The position numbers were made by a program, and so were the translations under genes. Source: Octopus sinensis (lineage: Eukaryota). From it: a stretch of 64,000 nt of DNA. Below, piece after piece: positions 49,451-61,843 of this stretch. Location of the stretch: NCBI RefSeq assembly GCF_006345805.1, contig NC_042998.1, positions 7,316,001-7,380,000 of the forward strand. The letters run 5' to 3'. The first letter of the stretch is position 1; every line of letters starts with the position of its first letter. Below the pieces are notes generated by a model. It was not told the DNA's origin. It did no database searches and worked only from the letters and a program-made list of their open reading frames with translations.

Positions 49451-50530
49451 GTTACCCTTTCTGCATGCATACATACATACATGCATATGTATATATATTA
49501 GTAAGATCAGTAAAAGGAATACAACATCAGCCTCATTGGGGTCTGATGTGTCTATACCCCATGCACTCTACCTACACTTCCCATCTGACCATTCTGCATT
49601 GATGTCCCCCATTTAGCCTCACCATTTAACCACCTCTTGCTATCCATTGTGCATTCACTCCTATTTTCTCTAGTACTGGTGCTATGAAGAAAATGCACCC
49701 ACTGCACTTTGTAAAGTTGTTGATTTTAGGAAAAACATTCAGCCATAGAAAACAAACAAAAATAAAACTTATAAGCAAGATGATTTTCTCTGGCCCACCT
49801 TGGGGAACAGCAATTACTCATCCAACCCATGCCAGCATGGAAAGTAAATGTAAAAGGATGGTAGTACTTGTGTGTGTGTGTGTGAGCATGTCCCCAGTGA
49901 GATGCGATTTCTCTTTATTAAATTTGATAAAAAAAAAATTCATCAAAAGTTTCTAGTTAGAGTTAATTATGAAAAAAAAGTTGTGTAGAAAGCTAAAATT
50001 ATCCAACATTTTTAGAAATGAAGTTTATATTAACAAAATAACTATAGAAATTATGTTGTTTAACTCAAAACATCAATTTATCAATATGAAGATCTTGTCT
50101 GTGGAATAACTAATATTTAGTAACTTAAAAAGCATATCATAGTAAATGTTTATAAGTTAATTTTTTTTTTTAGCTTACAACATGTTTATAGATCGAGTAT
50201 TGCAGATTAACAATTTACGTTTTCATAGAGATATATTGTGAAAGTTTGAAAGTTCAAAAATACTTAAAATTTCAAATTTTTGCATATGACTTCATAACAC
50301 CTACATTTTGCTTCTCTTCATTTCAACTGCTTTTTTTTTATATTTTCACTAATTCCAGAATTTAAAATCAGTCCATCATTTCCAAAAGATGGAAGGAATA
50401 AGTAAAATACTACAAGAAATATAAATTACTTGCTAACATACATCTGCTTACACCTATTGATATCAACCTGCCTGAGATTACCCTTAATCCTAGATTACCC
50501 TTAATCCTAGATACAAACTTCCTGCTTTAA

Positions 50531-50750
50531 CCCTTTTGGCACTCAGATTACTCTGTCAAATGTAATACTTATTTATTCACATTGCTTTGAATTAATCATA
50601 CATTGTCATGTAGTTTTGAGATTTTGATGCTGTGATTGTTTATTTTTAGAATGACATTGTAGGGTTAGTGTGAGAGGCCAGATCTGGATGGTTTTGAGCA
50701 TAAAGCTGGTAGAATATTGGCCAGATATAACCACTTTAAATGCTAAAAAT
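50531..50750. mobile_element. piggyBac-like MITE, degenerate
   Basis: TTAA|CCCTTT start; body matches 31924. Confidence 0.65.
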
Positions 50751-52214
50751 TTAAAGCAATTTGAACTGAACATTCTTTCATAATTTCATGTTAATATATT
50801 TTCCTAACTCTAGCTTAAAAATGACAGTTATTTTATTAAATTTTTAATTACTTTAAAAATTAATTGAAACAAATGTAGTGTTTGTATAGTAACAAATATA
50901 TATAGTAATGAAGGTTTAAACTATTGTAAATAAGGTTATTGTAACAGAGGTTTAATTAAACCTTTGTTTTGTCTTGCACTGAGCTCTTAGCTACTGATGG
51001 ATTCATAGGGGTGCCATTGTGACATATGTTGTATCTCGGGAATGTAGACCTAATAAGTCCATCTCTCTCCAGGCCTGACCACAGCTAATTTTTTCTAGAA
51101 CAATAGTAAAGGAAACAGAGAAAAGAATCAACTGCAGTACTGAACTGGTACTTGATCAACCTGAAATAATGAAAGGCAAAGTTGATCTTGAGTAGGATTT
51201 GAACTCAGAAAGCTAGTATAAATATCTCGAGGCATTCAATCTGACATGAATACTGTGATAGATAAACTACGGCCTGTGGGACTTTCTGAATGGCACACTT
51301 ACTTTCACAAAGAAAAATAACATTTCTTAGTTGTGAGGTGGCTGGCCTGATGATGTGGTTGTGGGACCATCTCAATGGTACACTTCATTTCACAAGTTAA
51401 AATAATGCCCGTTTTTAGTCGTGCAACCTGCCTGATGAAAATGATTGCCATTGCTGAGTTGTATGATTCTGCCAAATCCACACCTTATGCTTAAACCTTA
51501 TACAGTATGACATACGAAGGCATTCTTTCACTGTGTCTGAACACTATTTTGTTGCAAGTCTAAATGCATGAGTTGGATTTACTTACAAATAGTTTATATT
51601 CATCGTTATCATTTATTTCCAAAATTGAAACAGAGAACAAAAAAGGCAATAAACAAATAAGCAGGATTTAAACCCAAATTTTTTTAAATATTTTTCTTTT
51701 TGGAAATAACGAATGGATTTGGGAAATAAATTATAATTCAGAGTGTTAGTAGAATTAAAGAATATCAATACACTGTAAGGAATCAATACGTGAAAATAGG
51801 TTTAAAATATGATGAAAAGGCTACATGTTTTATATTGTTTACTTATTGTATAACTTCAATAGAGGAATAGAAAATTTGGTCTATAATGATAAAATTTCCA
51901 ACAGACATACAACCCACACTCCTATGTGACAACAGTTTTGGTGAATATTCATCATTTATACTATTGAACACATATGTTATGTTTGATAACAGTACATAAC
52001 GGATTATGTATTTAAACAATGGATTGCAGTTCCTTAGCATAACAGACAGTAATGCAAAATTATAATAACTGAACATATTTGTGTATCATATAAGATGATG
52101 ATGATGATGATACATATATAAATACAAATATTGTTGGATGGCATGTGTGGAACCCTAAACATTAACATTTATATTTTATGTGTATGTGTGTGTGTATACA
52201 TATACATTGATATT

Positions 52215-52258
<44 letters not shown>

Positions 52259-52279
52259 ATGTATGTGTGTGTATGTATG

Positions 52280-52318
<39 letters not shown>

Positions 52319-52689
52319 TCCTGTCATAACCTGGGACCTTGAAGACTGCTTTAATGCAAGAAAGTATACTAGTCCCTTAATATTAGTTCAACTAAAGGTG
52401 GTACTCCAGCATGGCCACAGTCAAATGACTGAAACAAATAAAACAATAAAAGAAAAAGAAAGAATATTTGTAGGTATGTAGTATGTATATATACTCTTTT
52501 ACTCTTTTACTTGTTTCAGTCATTTGACTGCGGCCATGCTGGGGCACCGCCTTTAGTACTTATTCTATCGGTCTCTTTTGCCGAACCGCCAAGTAACAGG
52601 GATATAAGCACACCAGCATATATATATATATAGAAAGAGAGAGAGAGAGGATAGATAGATAGAGACACACACACACACACATAAATATG

Positions 52690-52905
52690 TAATCTATATA
52701 TAAAGGGAAAGTTTATGAAAATAAACAAAAGATGAAGGCAGGTGGTGTACAAACAAACAAATGTATTAGTATAGCGCTCAGGAATAGAAAAAGTCTTTTA
52801 CGTTTCGAGACTATGCTCTTCGACAGAAAGGGACACAGAAAAAAACAAGGCGAGAAAAAAAAGAGAGAAAAAAATGTGTGTAGTAGCTAACGATCTGTCA
52901 TGGCA
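52690..52905 (-). mobile_element. Short Penelope-like-type repeat between (AT)n tracts
   Basis: Signature TTTTACGTTTCGAG...CTCTTCGACAG; the class is inferred. Confidence 0.45.
52795..52830 (-). ncRNA. Minimal hammerhead-like motif (dimer-type) with A6U core change
   Basis: CTTT-CTGTCGA-A-GAG catagt CTC-GAA-ACGT-A-AAAG. Confidence 0.45.
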
Positions 52906-53148
52906 TCTATATATAATCTATATATACATCGTATTACTGGCATGGAAGCAGGAAGACCAGAGTTGAAATGAATCCTGAATACAGGTGATGGGTAGAATGG
53001 TTATATTTATTAGAAATGAGCCCTGCAGATGAAACTCTGTCCATTGCTACTAGTTTAATGAGAATATTTACATATATGAATATAATCATTGGAGATGTAC
53101 TTGCATAGCAAGTGACCTGATCTGAGATCGTTTGCTGGAACGAAAACA

Positions 53149-53384
53149 ATTGCAGTGTGGAAGGTGTTTATAAGCCGTTTTAGAAACACACAAAACCATT
53201 AGATTCACTTCAATATTTAAATTTAATTTGCCAAAATATTTTCGTCACTTTGAGACTGCAACCTGTTCACTGACAAAAGAGATGCAGCAAGGAATTTTGT
53301 CAGTGAACAGCTCGCAGTCTCAAAGTGAATCTAACAGTTTTGTGTGTTTTTTAAATGATTTATAAACACCTTCCACACTGCAAT
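53149..53384. repeat. Fold-back (inverted partial duplication) of a Penelope-like-type repeat
   Basis: The right arm is the reverse complement of two left segments, with an internal deletion. Confidence 0.8.
53227..53277 (-). ncRNA. Hammerhead-like motif with compensatory G3-C8 core swap
   Basis: TTTGTCA-GTGAACA-G-GTTGC agtctcaaa GTGAC-GAA-AATATT-T-TGGCAAA. Confidence 0.5.
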
Positions 53385-55537
53385 ACAATCATCTATATTC
53401 ATATTTTTATTGTATAACCATATTTCCCATTTATGTATGTACATGGATGAGATAAACATGATGTCTTATTTGAGTGTGTGGAATGATATGATAGAAAAGT
53501 ACACACACACACACACACCTATTATAGTGTAATTAAACAATAAAAAATAGAAAATATAGAAAACTAATATGAAGCCTAAACATCTGAGATGAACTAGCTT
53601 CATTAAAATATATTGTCTTACATCAACATGAAACACCCTCTATTCCTAATCCCTTTTTAAGGTTAAACTTTCTAAGCACTTAATGATTACACATTTGTTT
53701 GACTGATAAATCTGATAAATGCTTAAAAAACATATCTAAATTAAGTCATTGTTTTCCCTTTCAACAAAGATAAATTTCATGCTAGCTACACAACAAAGTA
53801 TGTGATAACTGACTGAATAGTGTGAGAAACGTCTAGACTGCTGGCCCGTGCTTCATTTAATGAACCAATGCTTTTTCAGAGAATTCACTATGGTTCTCAA
53901 ACACTTCATCATTTGACTGGTCCGTGCTAAATATAAGTCTGCTTTATGAGGGCATCAACTAAACTACAATAACTATTACTGCTACTATATTTGTTGGCAT
54001 AAATGACACAGGGTATATTAGATGCATCCTAATTTCAACAGTGCATTTTCAGGGAAAAAAATGCTTTTAGCGCATTAAAACATGTAACACTTAAATGAAT
54101 TTTGACTAAAGAACCCAAGAAGATTTCCTTTTTCTTTTTTCAAGACAATATTTTGAGAAGAAAGTGCATCTTACATGCCAGCAAACATGGTACATGTTAC
54201 AGCAAGATTATACCTAGGCGTATAATTGGTTATTTTCGTGTAGAAGTCTCTTTAATCAAAGTCAACCAAGTCTACATAACAACTGCAACAAAAACAGCCA
54301 TCTGTCTTCCAATTTCTGCAAGATCCAAAAATAAACCGATCCAATAGAATAGCTTATGAAAAAGTAATTCAGTGTGAAGCTGTACTGGAATCTCTTAAAC
54401 AAAGCTGACTTTATGGAAGCAAAACCATTCATGAAGCCGATGTGGTAGAAATTTATTTTTCAGTTGCAATAGTTACTTTCAATATTTTGATAAAGATTTA
54501 ATCCTTGGAAACGGTATATGGCAGATAGTGTTTTGGTAAGATTAAGGTCATTCAAAAAAAATTTTCAGTGTTTTTGATAATGTTTATAAGACACTTCATA
54601 TCACCAAAGAATTACTACTGGAGTAGTATTGTCAGTAAAGGGTAAATAAGTATTGTGAGCTTGTGCTGTGTTGCTGTATTGAATCATTATAACCAGTGAA
54701 TCATTAATGCACATTGTATGTTTGTTAATCACCATGCACCGTAGTTAGAGAAATGTACCTTTTTTTTTTTCTTGTGACATGTCTTGTAATGGAATCAAAA
54801 TGAATTGTTCTCAAGAAGTTTTGAAGCATCAGTTCTCTTGTTTTAAGGTTGGAAATGAATATTTCGTTTAATTTTTTTGTCCTTCCTCAAAACTTTTCTA
54901 AGGAAAAGTGAAAACTGAATGTGTCAAATAATAAAATTGATTGAGTAGAAATGCACTTTTTAGCCATCAATAATAAGTACATGACAAATTGATACACTCT
55001 GTTTAGAGGTGTATTTCTTATATAAATTTTTGATTTTATGAACTACAAATAAATCTATGAGGAAAATGGAAACTTCATCTAAATATACAGTGTTTCTATT
55101 TTCTTCTTTTTTTTGCCTTCAAAGTAAAAACTCCCTAAGCACCAAAATCCCTATCTGAGCCTGTATATTGCATGTAACATTTCCAGATGGTGTGGTAGGT
55201 AGTCCAGACTATGAGTAGAACTATGAGTTGTACAAAAATTCTTCAGCACAGAAAACCATTCCAACACCCTGAAGCATATCTAAATGCAGGACACATGTGC
55301 TGGCAGTTCAATACCTTTTGCCTTTGTTCGTTTTACTTTGATATTTATCCTTCTATAATCAAGTATGCTTTTGAATAAATAAAAGAAACAGTTTTAGGTT
55401 TCTTCGTTGTCAAAATATCTACTTCATGTGTGCTTGCGATTCTAATAGCAGTAGCAGTAAATCTTAAGTTACGTTTTATTTATATATTGCATCATATTTT
55501 TTAAAACAAAAAGAATATGTGTGTATGTATAGACATA

Positions 55538-55568
<31 letters not shown>

Positions 55569-55584
55569 GTGTGTGAGTGTATAA

Positions 55585-55641
<57 letters not shown>

Positions 55642-56132
55642 ATATATGTATGTATGTATATATATAAATTAACAGAATGAGATAAAAAAAAATCTAAGGC
55701 TGTGAATAGTTTACAGAACATTTATAAAGAGAAGGCCTTACAGCTGTTTCCAGGATATTTTATATGTCCTTTCATCAGAGATGGTGTAAGGAAATGTTTA
55801 GTCTGTCCATAGCACTTACTCAGCATTACCTGACACCTTTGGGTCTTTTGACACCAATACCTCTCATACCCTATATATGTATATATAATTATAATATAGG
55901 GTACCTAAGATACCACCATGCTAGAGATGGCAGTCAAAGCCTGACTCCAAAACTACATCAAGTATTCATACAGCACAAGGTGAAAAGACAAGTAGACAAA
56001 TAAACTAGCAAATTACTGGATAGTCCCACGCAATTATAATTTTAATAATAATTATTACCTATAAGGTTTTTCTTCCCATGCTGGCCATTTGATATGATAG
56101 TTATTTCAAATAATGGTCTTATCCTTATTTAT

Positions 56133-56390
56133 ATAATAATAGGTGCATTAGGTATGATTAAAAAACATTCAGACAAATACATAACCAAAGCACTAGGACT
56201 TATGAATGTAGATAGCATACAGAAAATAGCACCTCTAGGCACCACATGCATCCTACATAAAGTGCTTTCAATACAATGAAAATAACAGCGCCAAAACAAA
56301 CTGCAGCACATACCCAAGGCACACAGACCTGTGCTTGGTAATGCAGGTAATGCACATGATAAAAATAAGACTACTGAATATTAATGATAT
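56133..56390 (+). pseudogene. R4/Dong-like (RLE-type) LINE 3' fragment
   Basis: IIGALGMIKKHSDKYI...IQKIAPLGTTCILHKVL resembles the recalled GALG.I...IQK.ALLGT..ILRKVL C-terminus. Confidence 0.65.
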
Positions 56391-56438
<48 letters not shown>

Positions 56439-56455
56439 ATAAAATAAAATAAATG

Positions 56456-56689
56456 CACCCTTTTAAAGCTTAGCCAGGCTCATGGGCCCGGTTTCCCGGT
56501 TTCTATGTGTTCCCCAGCTGGATGGGACGCCAGTCCATCACAGTGTTACTCATTTTTGCCAATTGAGTGGACTGGAGCAACGTGAAATGAAGTGTTTTGC
56601 TCAAGAACACAACGCGTCGTCCAAGAATCGAAACCACAATCTTGCGATCATAATGCTGACATCCTAACCACTAAGTCACGCGCCTCCAC
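56456..56689 (-). mobile_element. SINE family D with tail II
   Basis: CORE-like centre joined to the gactggcgtcccatccagc...aaaagggtgc tail. Confidence 0.75.
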
Positions 56690-57002
56690 ACACACACACA
56701 CATACACATTCTCATATCCTGAGTTTAATTTTCCTCTTTGTACCACCAAACCTATATGTATGTACATATTTATATATTTAATAAGAGCTTGACTCAGCTC
56801 CAGATGACTTAAAGTTTAGTAGGTTCACAGGATGAACCTATCTTGTCAGGTATTTAGATAGATTTGAGCCTACAGACATTTGAGTCATAGGGAACTGAGC
56901 CAAAGTGTTATTGAATAATACATGCAACTCCTACTAAATGTGTTGAATGCCACTTTCTTTTATTTCTCCACTCACATGTGTATGTGTGTGTATATATATA
57001 CA

Positions 57003-57272
57003 TATATCACCTTGATCACCTTGACTGACCAGTCCGTCGGGCGTCCACTTGACACTGTTGATCACAGCACACTGTTCACTCCTCTCTGGATCACACCTAA
57101 CTTCCTCATCCACGTGATCCCAATCGCCCTCCTGAAATTGTAACTCCACCATCGTGGAGGCCTTCAAAGACATTGTTTCCGCTTGCGCGGGTACCACTCA
57201 ACAACTGCACGGATCCACCAATTATCGGTGAGCCGGGCGACGTGTCCAGCCCATCTAAACTTGCTGCGTGTA
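57003..57272 (-). pseudogene. RTE LINE 3' fragment (second RTE family)
   Basis: SKFRWAGHVARLTDNWWIRAVVEWYPRKRK..*RPPRWW; tail (TCAAGGTGA)x2. Confidence 0.8.
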
Positions 57273-57311
57273 TTACAAACACACTTTTTGTTTTCAAAAA
57301 GTAAACACAAA

Positions 57312-57697
57312 TCTCTCTCTATATAAATGGCAGTTTGTCTGTGTGTGTTTCTGTGTGTCTGTTTGCTTGTACCCTCACCCTGACCACGGCTTTCAACCGA
57401 TTCTGATGAAACTTGACACACACATAGCCCAATGTCATAATTCAAAACTAACACAGCGAAAATTTTGAAAAGTTCCTCCAGTTCTGAAAAAAAATCGATA
57501 AATTCGACATGGGGTCGAGAATCAGAAACACGAACCACAAACTGTCATGGGGACGCAACTCCACCTTTTTTAAATCTCAAAAAAAAATTTACCATTATTT
57601 TTTTCCATTTTTTTGCTGTTTTTTGGCTATAACTCTCTAAAAATGCTTTATAGTTATTTCCCTTACAAACCTGAGCAACGCCGGGCGATACTGCTAG
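57312..57697 (+). mobile_element. Non-autonomous Helitron with a different 5' two-thirds
   Basis: A|TC start, (GT/CT)n, 3' end shared with the 900 and 3864 copies, ending GAGCAACGCCGGGCGATACTGCTAG|T. Confidence 0.8.
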
Positions 57698-59265
57698 TGG
57701 TATATAAATGTAACTTAATTTAAAATGTATCATAACAGTTATTAGAATTGCAAGCATACTCAAAATAAATTTATATATTTAGAATTGTGATGACTTACAG
57801 CAAATGGTGCCTAAAACGATGAACCCATTATTGCAAGTGTAAAAAAAAATGCTCATTAAAAAGTGGCGGCAAAATAGTTTGAAACATGTAATATATCTAC
57901 TTTCAGACTTCTCCATTATGTTATATTCCTGTCAACTCTTCATCTACTGCCTTCATTATTTTCTCATCTATTTCTCACTCCCTCTCTCCTATTCACTGTT
58001 GTGTACTGGCCTTTTTCTTCAATTCCCCCCACCATCACTTCGTATCACTCTGTCACCATGACATCTGTGGAAGAGGAGATGGCTAGCTATCATTATCTTA
58101 CCTTCATATCATTCTTGTTATCACACATCTTTATTGCTTATTTCCCTTTGCTCTCACATTAGCCATCCCATATCACTCTACGCATTGTTGGCTTACACCA
58201 TTCTCTGCCATTTCTATTATTTCCCTTTAATGACCCCACTTGTCATTGTCTCTCTTTCATGTCTCCCCTTTCATCGTATTTTCTCTTGCATTCTTACTCA
58301 TATTCTAATCCATTCTCTTGGTTATGTCTGTTGTGAATAAACGGAAACAACTTGGAATAGAAAGGATTTATTATTAGTCTTACAGAGGATAAGACTACAT
58401 CTTTAGTGCTGGTGCCACAATAAAATGCACCCAATACACTCTATTTGGTTGGTGAGTCTTGTCACAAACATGACAACCTTGCTAATGCTGGTGCCATAAT
58501 AAAATACAACCAGTACACTCTGCAAAACGGTTTGTTTAAGAAAGAATATCCAATCGTAAAAATCATACCAGATGAAATGTAAAAGCAAGATGCAGTAACT
58601 TTGAATAGGAGCTGACTCGGACCGGTCTAACAAATGCCAGATATTGAAATGGATGTAAAATGACAATGTTGATGGTAATGATGATATTGATGATTTTATG
58701 CATATTTAAGTATTTTACATATATGTAAGTATTTTATATATAAAGTACTTTGGAGGGTCATTAACCAACCAAAACATACACATGCAGTTTGTATTTCATT
58801 TCTTTTAATTATTGTTGGCTCACTTATTAACTCATCAATTTTTTAGTGAGTCATGTGATGAATTGATCACATTGGTCACCTCAGTCCTTTCACCACAGCC
58901 AGTGACATTATTGAAGATGTGCCCTTATCTGCCCCTCATATCACTGAGCACCTCCTGTTAGCTTCACACTAACTGGAAGTGCATATCAATGTGAGGACAC
59001 GGGCACAAGCTGTAAGGAAGGGAATCGAATGGACTGACTGAATGAATGATCAAAAATTGATCGGTTAATAATTTAGCTCGTTAACAAATACTAAGAAAAA
59101 GAAGTGAAATGCAACCTTGTATAATTGAAGAACTGACCCACCCAAAGTACAACATCCATTTCAAGTCACAATTTTTCATCAACAATCTTGCAAAACAAAT
59201 ATGAAAACAATATCCATATTTACGTACATATGTATATATATGTACATATATATATATATATATTT

Positions 59266-59509
59266 TTTTTTTCAACTATAAATAAAGGTGTCTGAGGGAC
59301 ACCACCATGCTGAAATAGCAGTCAAATCCTGACTCTAAAAGCCACCAAAAATGTTCATATTGCACCACGAGATAAGACGGTTTATTTTGTCTCTCTGTTT
59401 TATCTTGTGGTGCGATATGAACATTTTAGGTGGCTTTTAGAGTCAGGATTTGACTGCTATTTTGGCATGGTGGTGTCCCTCAGACACCCTTATTTATAGT
59501 TGAAAAAAA
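59266..59509. repeat. ~110-bp-arm near-perfect palindrome with a 24-nt loop
   Basis: Arms 59266-59375 and 59400-59509, about 7 differences by eye. Confidence 0.9.
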
Positions 59510-59985
59510 TTATTACCTTTGTATGGTATTTTTTCCCATGCTGGCTACTTGATAATATCGATATTTAATATCGATATTATCCTTATTTATAAATATATAT
59601 ATATATATTATATGTTAAGGTGTAATTTGAGTTTATTTTCTGTAAAATTGTATGTCTTCAACCACCATGTTTTATATGAATACAGGATGTAATTTTTTTT
59701 ACTCTTTGCTGTGTTTCTACAAAAAATACCATCATTGCCATTATTGCTATCGGTGCTGTAATTCAATGAATGTCCTTCTATTTTTTAGACCGTTGTTTTC
59801 CATTTCCATTCTGAAAACACATTTCCACTGAATTTCTTTTGTTTTTATATATTCTTTTTTCTCTACCAGGGTAATCTATAAAACTATTGTAGTAATCATT
59901 AAAACCTTCATTATTTTGTTATAATCATAAAAACCGAAATTTATAATTTTTACTATAAAATTTACTTTCTGTGGATTCTTTCCAG

Positions 59986-60064
59986 CAACAAGGGAAAATT
60001 CCTCTGATAGACTGCACACTTATTGAAGATCCCAGTTCTGAAGTTTTCCTCGTTGATGAAGACA
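59986..60064 (+). CDS. RASGRF: Next coding exon of the RasGRF-family GEF (PH2 domain continued)
   Basis: Acceptor ttactttctgtggattctttccAG, donor ACA|GTAAGT, 79 nt (phase 0 in, phase 1 out). QQGKIPLIDCTLIEDPSSEVFLVDED matches the recalled RasGRF1 NGVISLIDCTLLEEPEST and continues in frame from the 34629-34774 exon. Confidence 0.9.
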
Positions 60065-60440
60065 GTAAGTTCAACTTTAAAATAAGATGGAAAATGGATG
60101 GAGAAATTTGTAAGATTGCTTTTGTGTGTGTCTTTCCTCATTTTGTGAGGGAAACTTGTTTGTTATTTCTAGCATCTTCAGTGATTGTGCAAAGGATCTT
60201 TTCTTGACTTGGTGAGAATTTATTTTAGGTTACAGAAAGCTAAATCAATGTAAGTTTGTCTAATTTGGTTAGTGTATACTAGTACTGCACATCAACATTA
60301 TTCTAAGTTTTCTGAGTTGTGCACAAAGTTTATTTTGTAACCATGAAGTCTTATGTTCTATTTCATAACATGGCACCCTTCCACTGTAACTTCAGCTTGA
60401 TCAATGTTTTATGAATGGAATTAGTGTACAATTTGTAAAA

Positions 60441-60775
60441 GATAAAGATCCCTTCAGGCATGAACGACCATGGGATTGCATCTAGAAAGTTTGCCACTGA
60501 GGCACAAGTCCAGTCAAGGTTGTTTATGGAAGATCAGCAGTCGTCCATGCATACCAGCCTCCCCTCGACATGCCACTGATGCATCCAAGGGAAAAGTAAA
60601 GGTCAATACAGCTTGGTACCAGTGACGTCGCAACTCATTTCCACCACTGTGTGAACTGAAGAAATATGAAATAAAGTGCCTTGCTCAAGAACACAACACC
60701 CAGCCTGGTCCAGGAATCAAACTCACTACCTCATGATTGTGAGCCCGACACTCTAACCACTGAGCTATGCACCTG
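60441..60775 (-). mobile_element. SINE family D with tail IV
   Basis: Colinear with 49142-49450. Confidence 0.75.
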
Positions 60776-61043
60776 CAATTTGTAGACAGAAACTATTGTG
60801 TGTTTGTGTGTGTCTACATGTGCACATACTCACTCTCTCTCTTATACACAAACACACACACACAAACACTCACACTCACACGGATATTGGTGCAGCCACG
60901 GCTACATGGGTAAGGAGTTCACTTTGGAACTATGCGGTTTCTGGTTCAGTCCCACTGCACAACATCTTGGGTGAGTGTCTTCTGCTATAGACCCTGGCAG
61001 ACCAAAGTCTTGTGAATGAATTCGGTAAATGGAAACTAAAGAC

Positions 61044-61264
61044 GGCGGCGAGCTGACAGAAATGTTAGCACACCAGGCAAAATGCTTAGCGGTATTTTGT
61101 CTGCCATTACGTTCTGAGTTCAAATTCTGCCAAGGTCGACTTTGCCTTTCATCCTTTCAGGGTCGATGAATTAAGTACCAGTTACGCACTGGGGTCGATA
61201 TCTAACCGACTTAATCCCTTTGTCTGTCCTTGTTTGTCCCCTCCATGTGAGCAATAAAGAAATA
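61044..61264 (+). mobile_element. SINE family B
   Basis: Full body, directly after a diverged family A head (60884-61040). Confidence 0.8.
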
Positions 61265-61624
61265 GGAAACTAAAGACCATTGTGTATGTCTGCATGGAAA
61301 ATCCTTATACTTCCTTAGACAGGGGACAATGTATATGTATGATGGAATCTTCCATTGAAGATGATGTATGATTGTGCTGTTTTACTGAACATGATTTACT
61401 GTGAAAATGATTTGTTTATAATGATCAAATGTATAAGCTGTACATTAGCTCCCTCCCCCATCAAATCAACGTTATCTGTGCAGGTACTCAAGTGTGTCAC
61501 ACATATGATGTCGAAATGATTGCAGAGCAATGTGAAATGAAGTGTTTTGCTCAAGAACATAATGTGTCACCCCGTGCAGGAATCAAATCCACAATCTAGC
61601 AATCATAAGGGCAACATCCTAACT

Positions 61625-61843
61625 TAGTGCTTTTCAACATTTTTGCTGGAGCGGAACCCCAAGGAAATATTCCACTGGCTCGAGGAACCCCTGTGCAATA
61701 ATTTAATAGTCTTTTGCACACATATCTGCACTGGAGAATTAAAAATTACTGCCGATTTTAGCAGTTTTGTAACTTCTTGCGGAACCCCTGGACTGTACTG
61801 GTGGAACCCTAAGGTTCCGTGGAACCCTGGTTGAAAACCACTA
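61625..61843. mobile_element. hAT MITE, 219 bp, inserted in a family D SINE head
   Basis: TAGTGCTTTTCAAC...GTTGAAAACCACTA; TSD TCCTAACT/CCCTAACT. Confidence 0.85.

Noticed and set aside
54145-54189. 45-nt candidate cassette exon after a strong pyrimidine tract
   Set aside because: In the required phase 0 it reads ACA ATA TTT TGA (stop), and the donor GTACAT is weak.
59286-59330. CTGAGGG...GAAATAGCAGTC as a fourth hammerhead
   Set aside because: A9 is absent, stem II is unconvincing and stem I does not pair.
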